Source: an uncultured Thermoleophilia bacterium (GTDB lineage Bacteria > Actinomycetota > Thermoleophilia > UBA2241). Taken from it: 64,000 bases of DNA. Position 1 is the first letter of the stretch, and each line of letters starts with the position of its first letter. The translations under genes were made by a program, and so were the position numbers. The stretch is from positions 39,257 through 103,256 of the forward strand of contig CAWFDC010000008.1 of assembly GCA_963814545.1 (NCBI GenBank), read 5' to 3'. Shown here in pieces: positions 53,749 to 62,304 of the stretch. The notes under the pieces are model-generated. The model was not told the origin of the DNA. It did not search any database and saw only the letters and a program-made list of their open reading frames with translations.

Positions 53749-55643
53749 GCGGTCGTGAGCGCGCCGCCCCCGACGGCGGCGTGCGCGTCGAGGTCGCCGA
53801 CGACGCGGACGGCCGGCGCCGTATCTCCGTCTGCGCCGGCACCGCCTGCGTGTTCGCCGGCTCGCTCAAGATCCGCGACGCCTTCGTCGAGGAGGTGGAG
53901 GCCGCCGGTCTCGGCGACGAGGTCGACGTCCGGGTCAGCGGCTGTCACGGCCTCTGCTCGCAGGGCCCGCTCGCCGTGGTCTCCGGCGACGACACCTACT
54001 ATCCCCGGCTCAAGCTGCGCGACGTGAAGCGCGTCGTCGAGGAGCACCTCGTGGGCGGCACCCCGGTCGAGAAGCTCTTCTACGTCGACCCCGCCACCGG
54101 CGAGCGCGTGCACTGTGCCCACGACATCCCCTTCTACCGCCAGCAGCGGCGCATCGCCCTCCGTGACGTCGGCGTCATCGACCCGGAGAGCCTCGACGAG
54201 TTCCTCGCGCGGGGCGGCTACGAGGCCGCGCGCAAGGCGCTCACCACGATGACGCCGGAGGCGATCATCGACGAGATCCTCGCCTCGGGGCTGCGCGGCC
54301 GCGGCGGCGCCGGGTTCCCGACGGGGATGAAGTGGAAGTTCGCCCGCCAGTCGCCGGGCGACGTGAAGTACGTCATCTGCAACGGCGACGAGGGCGACCC
54401 CGGCGCCTTCATGGACGCCTCGATCATGGACGGCGACCCGCACGCCGTGCTCGAGGGCATGCTGATCGCCTCCTACGCCATCGGTGCGCGCGAGGGGTAC
54501 ATCTACGTGCGCGCCGAGTACCCGCTGGCCGTCCGGCGCCTGCGGCTCGCGATCGCCGAGGCCGAGGGGCGCGGCCTGCTCGGCGACGACCTCTTCGGCT
54601 CGGGCTGGGGCTTCCACCTCAAGATCAAGGAGGGGGCGGGCGCCTTCGTCTGCGGCGAGGAGACGGCGCTGATCGCCTCCATCGAGGGTCGTCGCGGCAT
54701 GCCGCGCACGCGGCCGCCGTTCCCGGCCGTGCGCGGCCTCTGGGGCAAGCCGACCAACATCAACAACGTCGAGACCTACGCCAACGTGTCCTGGATCATC
54801 GCCAACGGGTCCGCTGCGTACGCCGCCGTGGGCTCGGAGACGTGCAAGGGCACCAAGGCCTTCAGCCTGGCCGGCAAGATCGTCAACGGCGGCCTCGCCG
54901 AGGTGCCCATGGGCTCCACCCTGCGCCACGTGATCTTCGACGTCGGCGGCGGGGTCAAGGACGGCAAGGCCTTCAAGGCGGTCCAGCTCGGCGGGCCCTC
55001 CGGCGGCTGCGTGCCGGCGGCGCTGCTCGACACGCCGGTCGACTACGAGAGTCTCGCCGCCACGGGGGCGATCATGGGCTCCGGCGGCATGGTGGTCGCC
55101 GACGAGACCACCTGCATGGTCGACCTCGCGCGTTACTTCCTCGAGTTCACCCAGAGGGAGAGCTGCGGCAAGTGCGTCCCCTGCCGGCTCGGCACCAAGC
55201 GCATGCTCGAGATCCTCGAGCGCATCACCGCCGGCGAGGGCGAGGACGGCGACATCGAGCGCCTCGAGAAGCTGGCCACGACGATCAAGAAGACGAGCTT
55301 GTGCGGCCTCGGCCAGACGGCGCCGAACCCCGTCCTCACGACGATCCGCTACTTCAGGGACGAGTACGTCGCCCACATCGACGAGCACCGCTGCCCGGCC
55401 TGCGCCTGCGACGCGCTCATCGCCTTCTCGATCGACCCCGATCTGTGCACCGGCTGCACGCTGTGCGCGAAGAAGTGCCCGGTCGGGGCGATCACCGGCG
55501 ACAAGAAGCAGGCGCACCGCATCGACCAGTCACTCTGCGTGCGCTGTGACTCGTGCCGCGCCGCCTGCCGCTTCGACGCGGTCAAGGTGGTCAGCGGCCC
55601 CGAGCAGATCGCCGCCGCGCTGCGGGCCGAGGCCGGCGACTGA
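53745..55643 (+). CDS. NuoF/HydB-like NADH-binding flavoprotein with extra Fe-S domains
   Basis: N-terminal thioredoxin-like [2Fe-2S] (C.GT.C..GC.G.C), GLRGRGGAGFPTG, NGDEGDPGAFMD, GAFVCGEETAL, GGPSGG, ESCGKCVPCR.G, two C-terminal CxxCxxCxxxC motifs. Confidence 0.93.
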   Translation: MSGRERAAPDGGVRVEVADDADGRRRISVCAGTACVFAGSLKIRDAFVEEVEAAGLGDEVDVRVSGCHGLCSQGPLAVVSGDDTYYPRLKLRDVKRVVEEHLVGGTPVEKLFYVDPATGERVHCAHDIPFYRQQRRIALRDVGVIDPESLDEFLARGGYEAARKALTTMTPEAIIDEILASGLRGRGGAGFPTGMKWKFARQSPGDVKYVICNGDEGDPGAFMDASIMDGDPHAVLEGMLIASYAIGAREGYIYVRAEYPLAVRRLRLAIAEAEGRGLLGDDLFGSGWGFHLKIKEGAGAFVCGEETALIASIEGRRGMPRTRPPFPAVRGLWGKPTNINNVETYANVSWIIANGSAAYAAVGSETCKGTKAFSLAGKIVNGGLAEVPMGSTLRHVIFDVGGGVKDGKAFKAVQLGGPSGGCVPAALLDTPVDYESLAATGAIMGSGGMVVADETTCMVDLARYFLEFTQRESCGKCVPCRLGTKRMLEILERITAGEGEDGDIERLEKLATTIKKTSLCGLGQTAPNPVLTTIRYFRDEYVAHIDEHRCPACACDALIAFSIDPDLCTGCTLCAKKCPVGAITGDKKQAHRIDQSLCVRCDSCRAACRFDAVKVVSGPEQIAAALRAEAGD

Positions 55644-56268
55644 CGGGGCGCGCGGCCGGGGCCTCCGGGCCCCGCCCGCGCGCCGCCCGTCGGGCGCCGT
55701 CCCGGCGTCCCGCCCCGGCTCCGCCTCGGTCCCGGACCGCGCTCGGCCCGGCGCGCCGGGCCGGCGCGTCGCCGCGGCCCGGGACGGCGCCACGCGTCCG
55801 GGCCCATCCTCGCGGCTCGCCCGCCCTTACTCTGCCGGTGCGCTTTCGAGCGACCGCGCGGGTCGCAGCGCCGGACCCCCGCGGCTCGTGCCTGCGGATC
55901 TCGCAGCCGGGGGCCACGCGCGGCATCCTCACCACGGCGTCTGGCCTTCGGACATGAGGCCTCGAGGTCTGCGAATATGGCAAGCCGTACGGTCAGCTAG
56001 CGGTCGTCGTGCGGCGACAGTCTCTCGGTGATGGCGAGAGCTATGCGACTGGAGCTGCGTTTTCACTACGACTTAGTCTCCGAGATCCAGCGAGTATTCG
56101 AAGCAGATTCTCACTTGCGCCGACGCCGCGAAGCTGTAGGATGGGCGCGCTTCGTCAACGGAGCGGATCTGCCGGCTCGAGCCAGGGAGGTGGCGTCAGG
56201 AAACGAGCGACTGGGGGGGGAGCCGCCCGCACGCGGGCGGCGGAATGTCATTCGAAAGGAGGCACAGG

Positions 56269-57894
56269 GTGGCGGAAGAACTCGCGTTCGCCCGCAAAGC
56301 GAGCGGCCTTGTCCGCGGCCTGTCGATGACCGACGCGTTCGCCGTCGGCTTCATGAACCAGGGCATCACACCGAGCATCTGGACGATGATCACGTGGGGG
56401 CTGGGGACCTACCTCACCGGCAACCTCTTCTGGGCCACGGTCATCTCGCTGCTCATGGTCGGCTTCGGCTTCCCGCTGGTGTGGGGCATCCTGTCGGGCA
56501 GCATGCCGCGGTCGGGCGGCGAGTACATCTACAACTCGCGCATCATCAACCCGATCGTGGCCATCGCGGAGAGCTTCGGCAACGCCTTCGTGATGATCTT
56601 CTGGGTCTACATCCTGGCGCCGTGGGTCGCCGACCCCGGTCTCGTGATCATCGCCGAGTACCAGGGTTGGGACTGGCTCTACAACGTCGACAGCGGTGAA
56701 TTCTTCGGGCTGTTCTCTTACGAGTGGGGCGTCTTCATCGTGGCGACGATCACCAACGTCATCGCCTTCCTCACCATCGTCTTCGGGGTCAAGATCTTCG
56801 CCCTCATCCAGAAGGGCGTCATGATCTTCGCCCTCGGCGGCGCGGCCGTCGTCACCGGCGCGCTCACCTTCACGAGCAAGGCGAACATCGCCGAGAGTTG
56901 GGACGCGTTCGCCGCCGAGTACGACTCTCTCACCTACGCCGAGGTGGTGCCCGCGGTCTCCGCGGCGATCGGCGAGGCGGTGCCGACCAGCTCGACGCTG
57001 TACGGCACGCTGGGCGTGATGGTCGCGGGCTCGTGGCTCTTCGCCTACGCCTACTTCTGCGTGTTCGTGGCGGGCGAGGTGAAGCGGCCGGACAAGACCC
57101 TGATCGCCGCCAACTTCGTCGCCGTCCTCGTGCCGGCGCTGCTCATGATCTGGACCTCGCTCGCGATGTACCGGGTCATGGACTTCGAGTTCATCTCGGC
57201 CACGGCATGGATCGACAACAACGGCGGCATCGACGGCTATACCTTGCCCTTCCTGCCCAGCTACATGAGCCTGGCGTACATCGCCCACTCGAACTGGTTC
57301 GTCGCCCTGGCGGCGGGCGGCTCGTTCATGCTCTTCTGCTTCTGGTACGTGGCGCTGTCGTATCCTCGCCTTCCCGCGGATCATCTTCGCCTGGGGCATG
57401 GACCGCATGGGCCCGAAGTGGTTCACCGACATCAGCCCGCGCTGGGCGTCGCCGGTCAAGAACTACATCCTCTGCTTCGTGCTCTGCCAGGCCGCCATCG
57501 CGCTGTACACCTTCTGGATCGGCGAGTACATGCAGGGCCTGACCGTCACCGGCATGGAGATCGTCTCCGTGTGGGGTGTCACGACGATCGCGGCCCTGGT
57601 CTTCCCCTACATGAAGCGCTCCAAGGGCATCTGGGACTCCTCGCCGTACAAGAGCTGGAAGTTCCTCGGCGTGCCGCTCGTCTCGTGGGGCGCCTCGTGT
57701 CGCTCGTCTACCTCGGCATCCTGTTCTACTTCCTCATCATGACCGAGGAGATGCGCGATTCGAACCGCGACTCGTGGATCCTGTACGCGGTCGTCTGGGT
57801 CATCGGCATCATCTGGTACTTCTTCTGGACCGCCCGCAGCAAGAAGGTGGGCGTCGACGTGTCCATGACCTACGGGGAGCTGCCGCCGGAGTGA
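56269..57894 (+). CDS. APC-superfamily amino-acid/polyamine permease, paralog 1 (compensating indels near 57363 and 57697)
   Basis: FARKASGLVR, SMPRSGGEYIYNSR, AGEVK, RIIFAWGMDR, about 12 hydrophobic segments; AAAGGAGG RBS. Confidence 0.9.
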   Translation: MAEELAFARKASGLVRGLSMTDAFAVGFMNQGITPSIWTMITWGLGTYLTGNLFWATVISLLMVGFGFPLVWGILSGSMPRSGGEYIYNSRIINPIVAIAESFGNAFVMIFWVYILAPWVADPGLVIIAEYQGWDWLYNVDSGEFFGLFSYEWGVFIVATITNVIAFLTIVFGVKIFALIQKGVMIFALGGAAVVTGALTFTSKANIAESWDAFAAEYDSLTYAEVVPAVSAAIGEAVPTSSTLYGTLGVMVAGSWLFAYAYFCVFVAGEVKRPDKTLIAANFVAVLVPALLMIWTSLAMYRVMDFEFISATAWIDNNGGIDGYTLPFLPSYMSLAYIAHSNWFVALAAGGSFMLFCFWYVALSYPRLPADHLRLGHGPHGPEVVHRHQPALGVAGQELHPLLRALPGRHRAVHLLDRRVHAGPDRHRHGDRLRVGCHDDRGPGLPLHEALQGHLGLLAVQELEVPRRAARLVGRLVSLVYLGILFYFLIMTEEMRDSNRDSWILYAVVWVIGIIWYFFWTARSKKVGVDVSMTYGELPPE

Positions 57895-57918
57895 TCCGGG
57901 GCGCTCTTCAAGCTCGAC

Positions 57919-57951
57919 GGGCGGGGCGGCCGGTGGCCGCCCCGCCCTTTT
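57919..57951 (+). terminator. Intrinsic terminator after APC permease 1
   Basis: GGGCGGGGCGGCC-ggt-GGCCGCCCGCCC followed by a T-run. Confidence 0.75.
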
Positions 57952-58114
57952 GCCGCCTCGGTCACTGCAACGCGTTCCGCTGTCGTTTCGCGACACGTGA
58001 GACGGCACATCTTTGCCGAATCCGACGGATTTCGTGCCGCGCGGCTTGACTTCGCGCTTCGCCGGGTGTCGTAATAACGCGTCAGTCAGGGTCGGCGAGG
58101 ACCGGGGGGTCTGG

Positions 58115-58606
58115 GTGCCGTTCAGTCTCGATACCATCGACCGCAAGATCGTCTCACTCCTGCTCGAGGACGGGCGCATCTCCTCGGCCGAGATCACGCG
58201 GCGCATCGGGCACGTCTCCGAGCGCGCCGTGCGCTACCGCATCGAGCGCCTCATCCGCTCCGGCGTCATCCGCATCAGCGCCATCGTCAACCCGCAGGCC
58301 GTCGGCTTCAGCATCATCGGCGACGTGCTGGTCGACGTGGCGCCCGGCAAGCTGCAGGACGTCGCCGCCCAGCTCGTCGAGTTCGACACGGTCAGTTACG
58401 TGGCCGGCTCCGTGGGTGAGGGCGATCTGAGCCTGCAGGTGTACGCGCGGGACACCGAGGAGCTCCTGCGCTTCGTCAATGAGGTCATCGGCAAGATCCC
58501 CGGGGTCACGCGTACCAAGACCTACATGGTGCCGTGGAAGCTCAAGGACGTGTACGAATGGCACGTTCCCGTCGAGGCTGCCGAAGAAGGGAGGGCGACA
58601 GGCTGA
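58115..58606 (+). CDS. Lrp/AsnC-family transcriptional regulator
   Basis: LD.IDRKI..LL.EDGR, VSE.AV.YRI.RL...GVI, G..DL, I..IPGV..T.T. Confidence 0.92.
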   Translation: MPFSLDTIDRKIVSLLLEDGRISSAEITRRIGHVSERAVRYRIERLIRSGVIRISAIVNPQAVGFSIIGDVLVDVAPGKLQDVAAQLVEFDTVSYVAGSVGEGDLSLQVYARDTEELLRFVNEVIGKIPGVTRTKTYMVPWKLKDVYEWHVPVEAAEEGRATG

Positions 58607-58700
58607 ACCACTTGTCCTGCGGTCTACGTCCTGGTCACACCGCCACGGCCGGCGCACAGGCGCCGTGCAGGCGTGACCGAGAACCGAAGAAGGGGGAATT

Positions 58701-60342
58701 GTGGCCGAAGAGCTAGCCTTTGCCCGCAAGGCGAGTGGCCTCGTCCGGGGCCTCTCGATGTGGGACGCGTTCGGCGTTGGCTTCATGAACCAGGGGCTCA
58801 CGCCCTCGATCTGGGTCATGACCAGCCTCGGCGTCGGCATCTACCTTGGCGGCAACCTGATCTGGGCGACCATCGTCTCGGTGATCCTCGCCGGCATCGG
58901 CTTCCCGCTCGTCTGGGGCATCCTCGGCGGCTCGATGCCGCGGTCCGGCGGCGAGTACATCTACAACTCGCGCATCATCCATCCCATCGTCGGTATCGGC
59001 GAGAGCTTCGGCAACGCCTTCGTGTGGATCATGTGGATCTACGTGCTGGCGCCGTGGCTGGCCGACCCCGGGTTCGTCATGCTCTCCCAGTTCATGGACT
59101 GGAGCTGGGCCTACAACGCTGAGGCCGACACCGTCATCGGTCTCTCGTACGCCTGGGGTGTGTTCGTCATCGCGACGATCGCCAACATCATCGCCTTCCT
59201 CTTCGTGGTGTTCGGCATCAAGTGGTTCGCGCGTATCCAGAAGGTCGTCATGATCTTCGGCATCGGCGGGTGCATCGTGCTGCTCGCCGGCATCTCGATG
59301 TACAACCAGGCCGACTTCCTGGCGGGCTGGAACGAGATCGCCGCGACCTACGGCTCGCTCAACTACGACGAGTTCCTGGCCGCGGCGAGCGCCGCGGCGG
59401 AGTCGCCCATGCCGACGACGTGGAACTGGTCCGACACCCTCGGCGTGATGGTCGCCGGCTCGTGGCTCTTCGCCTACAGCTACTGCATCACGTTCATCGC
59501 CGGCGAGGTCAAGCGGCCCGACAAGACCATCATCCTGTCGAACCTCTTCGCCATCCTCGTCCCCGGCGCCTTCATGCTCTGGGCCGCGATCGCTCTGTAC
59601 CACATGGTGCCGTTCGACTTCTTCTCGGCGACCCAGTTCGTCGACAACGCCGGGACCGACGTGATCGAGGGCTACACGGTGCCCTGGTCGACGCACTTCC
59701 TCGGTCTGCTGGCGATGGTGAACCAGAACAAGCCGCTGCTCTTCATCTCGGTCATGTCGTTCCTCGCCTTCGACCTCTGGTGGGTGGCGCTCTCGTACCT
59801 GGCCTTCCCGCGCATCATCTTCGCCTGGGGCATGGACCGCATGGGCCCGAAGTGGTTCACCGACATCAACCCGCGTTTCGCGAGCCCGGTGAAGAACCAC
59901 GTGCTCTGCCTCGTCCTCGGCCAGATCGGTATCGCGCTCTACGTCTTCTGGCAGAACGAGACGATGCAGGGACTCGCGGTCACGGCGATGGAGATCTTCT
60001 CGGTCTTCGGCGTCACGGCCATCGCCGCTCTGATCTTCCCGTACGTGAAGAAGGCGCGCGGCATCTGGGACGCTTCCCCGTACCGCAACTGGAAGCTCGC
60101 CGGCATCCCGGTCGTCACGCTGGGCGCCATCGTCCAGCTGGTCTACCTGGGCATCCTGGCCTACTACTTCTTCTTCATGCCCGACCCGGCGAAGCGGCTG
60201 GAGGGCTTCACGACCAGCACGATCGATGCTCATCGTCGTCACTTGGATCGTCGGCATCGGTTGGTACTTCTTCTGGAGCTGGCGCAGCAAGGCCGTCGGC
60301 GTGGATACGTCGATGACCTACGGCGAGTTGCCGCCGGAGTGA
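58701..60342 (+). CDS. APC-superfamily permease, paralog 2 (+1 frameshift near 60225)
   Basis: Same motifs as paralog 1; the shifted frame restores the last TM helix and the TYGELPPE* end. Confidence 0.9.
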
Positions 60343-60357
60343 GCAGGTAATACCAAT

Positions 60358-60396
60358 GCGGGGAGCGGGAGCGTCGCTCCCGCTCCCCGCGCTTTT
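60358..60396 (+). terminator. Terminator-like hairpin between permease 2 and the phosphoesterase
   Basis: GCGGGGAGCGGGAGC-gtc-GCTCCCGCTCCCCGC-gcTTTT. Confidence 0.65.
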
Positions 60397-60407
60397 CGGA
60401 GGTGTCA

Positions 60408-61340
60408 ATGATCAAGCTGTTCTTCGTCACCGACATCCACGGGTCCAACGTCTGCTACCGCAAGTTCCTCAACGCTCTGCCGATCTACGGGGTCGACGTC
60501 GCCATCCTGCTCGGCGACCTCACGGGCAAGGTGCTCGTGCCGCTCGTCGCCAAGGGGAGCGAGCAGTGGGAGTGCACTCTCATGGGGCAGTACCGCGAGA
60601 TCAACGGGCAGGAGGAGCTCGCGGCGATCAAGAAGACCACGGAGAACGCGGGGTACTACTGGGTGCACCAGAGCCGTGAGGAGTTCGACGACACCCGCGC
60701 CGACCCCGCCAAGATCGACGCCCTCTTCAAGCGTCTCGTGTTCGATCGCGTGCAGGAGTGGCTCGACCTCGCCGACGAGCGCCTCGAGGGCAAGCCCTTC
60801 CAGATGTACATGGCGCCCGGCAACGACGACTGGTTCGTGATCGACGACATGATCGACGCGGCCAAGCTCGTGCACCCGTGCGACCGCCGCGTCGTCGACC
60901 TCGCCGGCCACGAGATGATCACCAGCTCGGCCTCCAACCCGACGCCGTGGGACACCCCGCGCGAGATGAGCGAGGAGGACCTCGAGAAGCACCTGCGCGA
61001 GCTCTGCGGCCTGGTCAAGAACTACGAGACGTCGATCTTCAACTTCCACGTGCCGCCGCACGGGTACTCGCTCGACCTCTGCCCGAAGCTCGACGAGAAC
61101 CTCACCATGGCCGCCGACGAGAAGATCCACGCCGGCTCGCTCGGCGCCAAGAAGGTGATCGAGGAGTTCCAGCCCCTGCTCGGGCTGCACGGGCACATCC
61201 ACGAGTCGCGCGGCGCCCAGAAGGCCAAGCGCACGCTGCTCATCAACCCCGGCAGCGAGTACTCGGAGGGCATCCTCAAGGGCGTCCTCATCATGCTTGA
61301 CAAGAAGAAGGTGAAGGACTACGTGTTCACCTCCGGGTGA
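60408..61340 (+). CDS. Calcineurin-like metallophosphoesterase
   Basis: DIHGS, GDLTG, PGNDD, HVPP, HGHIHES, NPGS motifs; GGAGG RBS. Confidence 0.9.
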   Translation: MIKLFFVTDIHGSNVCYRKFLNALPIYGVDVAILLGDLTGKVLVPLVAKGSEQWECTLMGQYREINGQEELAAIKKTTENAGYYWVHQSREEFDDTRADPAKIDALFKRLVFDRVQEWLDLADERLEGKPFQMYMAPGNDDWFVIDDMIDAAKLVHPCDRRVVDLAGHEMITSSASNPTPWDTPREMSEEDLEKHLRELCGLVKNYETSIFNFHVPPHGYSLDLCPKLDENLTMAADEKIHAGSLGAKKVIEEFQPLLGLHGHIHESRGAQKAKRTLLINPGSEYSEGILKGVLIMLDKKKVKDYVFTSG

Positions 61341-61398
61341 GCCGTCTCCCCGCCGTACCGCGACCGTGTCGGAACTGAGTCTGAAAGGGGGTCGATAG

Positions 61399-62208
61399 AT
61401 GGCGAAGGAGTTCATCCTCCCGAAGGACATCCCACTCGACCAGTACCCCAAGCCCGAGGTCTTCCTCGAAGAAGGCAAGCATCTGGCGGTGGAGGGGCAG
61501 AAGCGCGGCATCAACCTGCGCGTCATGGGCCCGCTCGCCCTGCACTACTACTTCCCGGACCAGGTCGACCTGTACGCCAAGCTCGAGCGCCTCGGCGACC
61601 GCTACTTCACCGACATCGACTACGCGTCGTACGGCAAGACGCGCAAGAAGATGATCGACTTCATGAAGGACATGGGCTACGAGGCCGACCTGCACACGAT
61701 GATGGTCTCGGGCAAGACCCGCCACATCTACTTCGGCGGCGCCGTCCCCATGATCGACGTGTTCTTCGACAAGCTCAGCTACTGTCACGAGGTCGACTAC
61801 GAGGGCCGTCTCGACCTCGATCCCTACAGCGTCTCGCAGGCCGATATCCTGCTGCAGAAGCTGCAGATCTGGGAGATCAACGACAAGGACCTCAAGGACA
61901 TCGAGTACCTGTTCACGGTGGCCGACTTCGGCGAGGACGACGAGAAGAAGGTCAACGTCGGCTACGTCGCCCGGCGTTTCGCCGACGACTGGGGCTTCTG
62001 GTACACCGGCACCACCAACCTCGACCGCGTGAAGACGCACGTCGACACGGTGGCCGTGCTGAGCGACGACCAGAAGGCCAAGGTCAAGCAGGTGGCCGAC
62101 AACGTGCGGGCGCGCATCGACGAGGAGCCCAAGACCAAGGGCTGGAACAAGCGCGCCAAGAAGGGGACCGACAAGATCTGGTACAACCAGGGCTTCTCCG
62201 ACTGGTGA
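61399..62208 (+). CDS. Uncharacterised protein with nucleotidyltransferase-like motifs
   Basis: Coding-like codon bias and AAAGGGGG RBS; hhG (LRVMGPLA), DhD (FTDIDY), downstream hDhF (IDVFFD), K....KD..D; the fold is inferred. Confidence 0.65.
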   Translation: MAKEFILPKDIPLDQYPKPEVFLEEGKHLAVEGQKRGINLRVMGPLALHYYFPDQVDLYAKLERLGDRYFTDIDYASYGKTRKKMIDFMKDMGYEADLHTMMVSGKTRHIYFGGAVPMIDVFFDKLSYCHEVDYEGRLDLDPYSVSQADILLQKLQIWEINDKDLKDIEYLFTVADFGEDDEKKVNVGYVARRFADDWGFWYTGTTNLDRVKTHVDTVAVLSDDQKAKVKQVADNVRARIDEEPKTKGWNKRAKKGTDKIWYNQGFSDW

Positions 62209-62304
62209 GTGAGGCCGCATGACGGCCTTCTCGACAGGCTGTGGCGCGGGGCGACGCCGTCGGCGGGCGCCCCGCGCCACACGCGTCTGCGGGGCCGGCC
62301 GCGG

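Noticed and set aside
53175-55643. 822-aa NuoE-NuoF fusion, or a complex I (nuo) operon
   Set aside because: The NuoE-like motifs are in a different frame that ends at a GTGA overlap, and no other nuo subunits are present.
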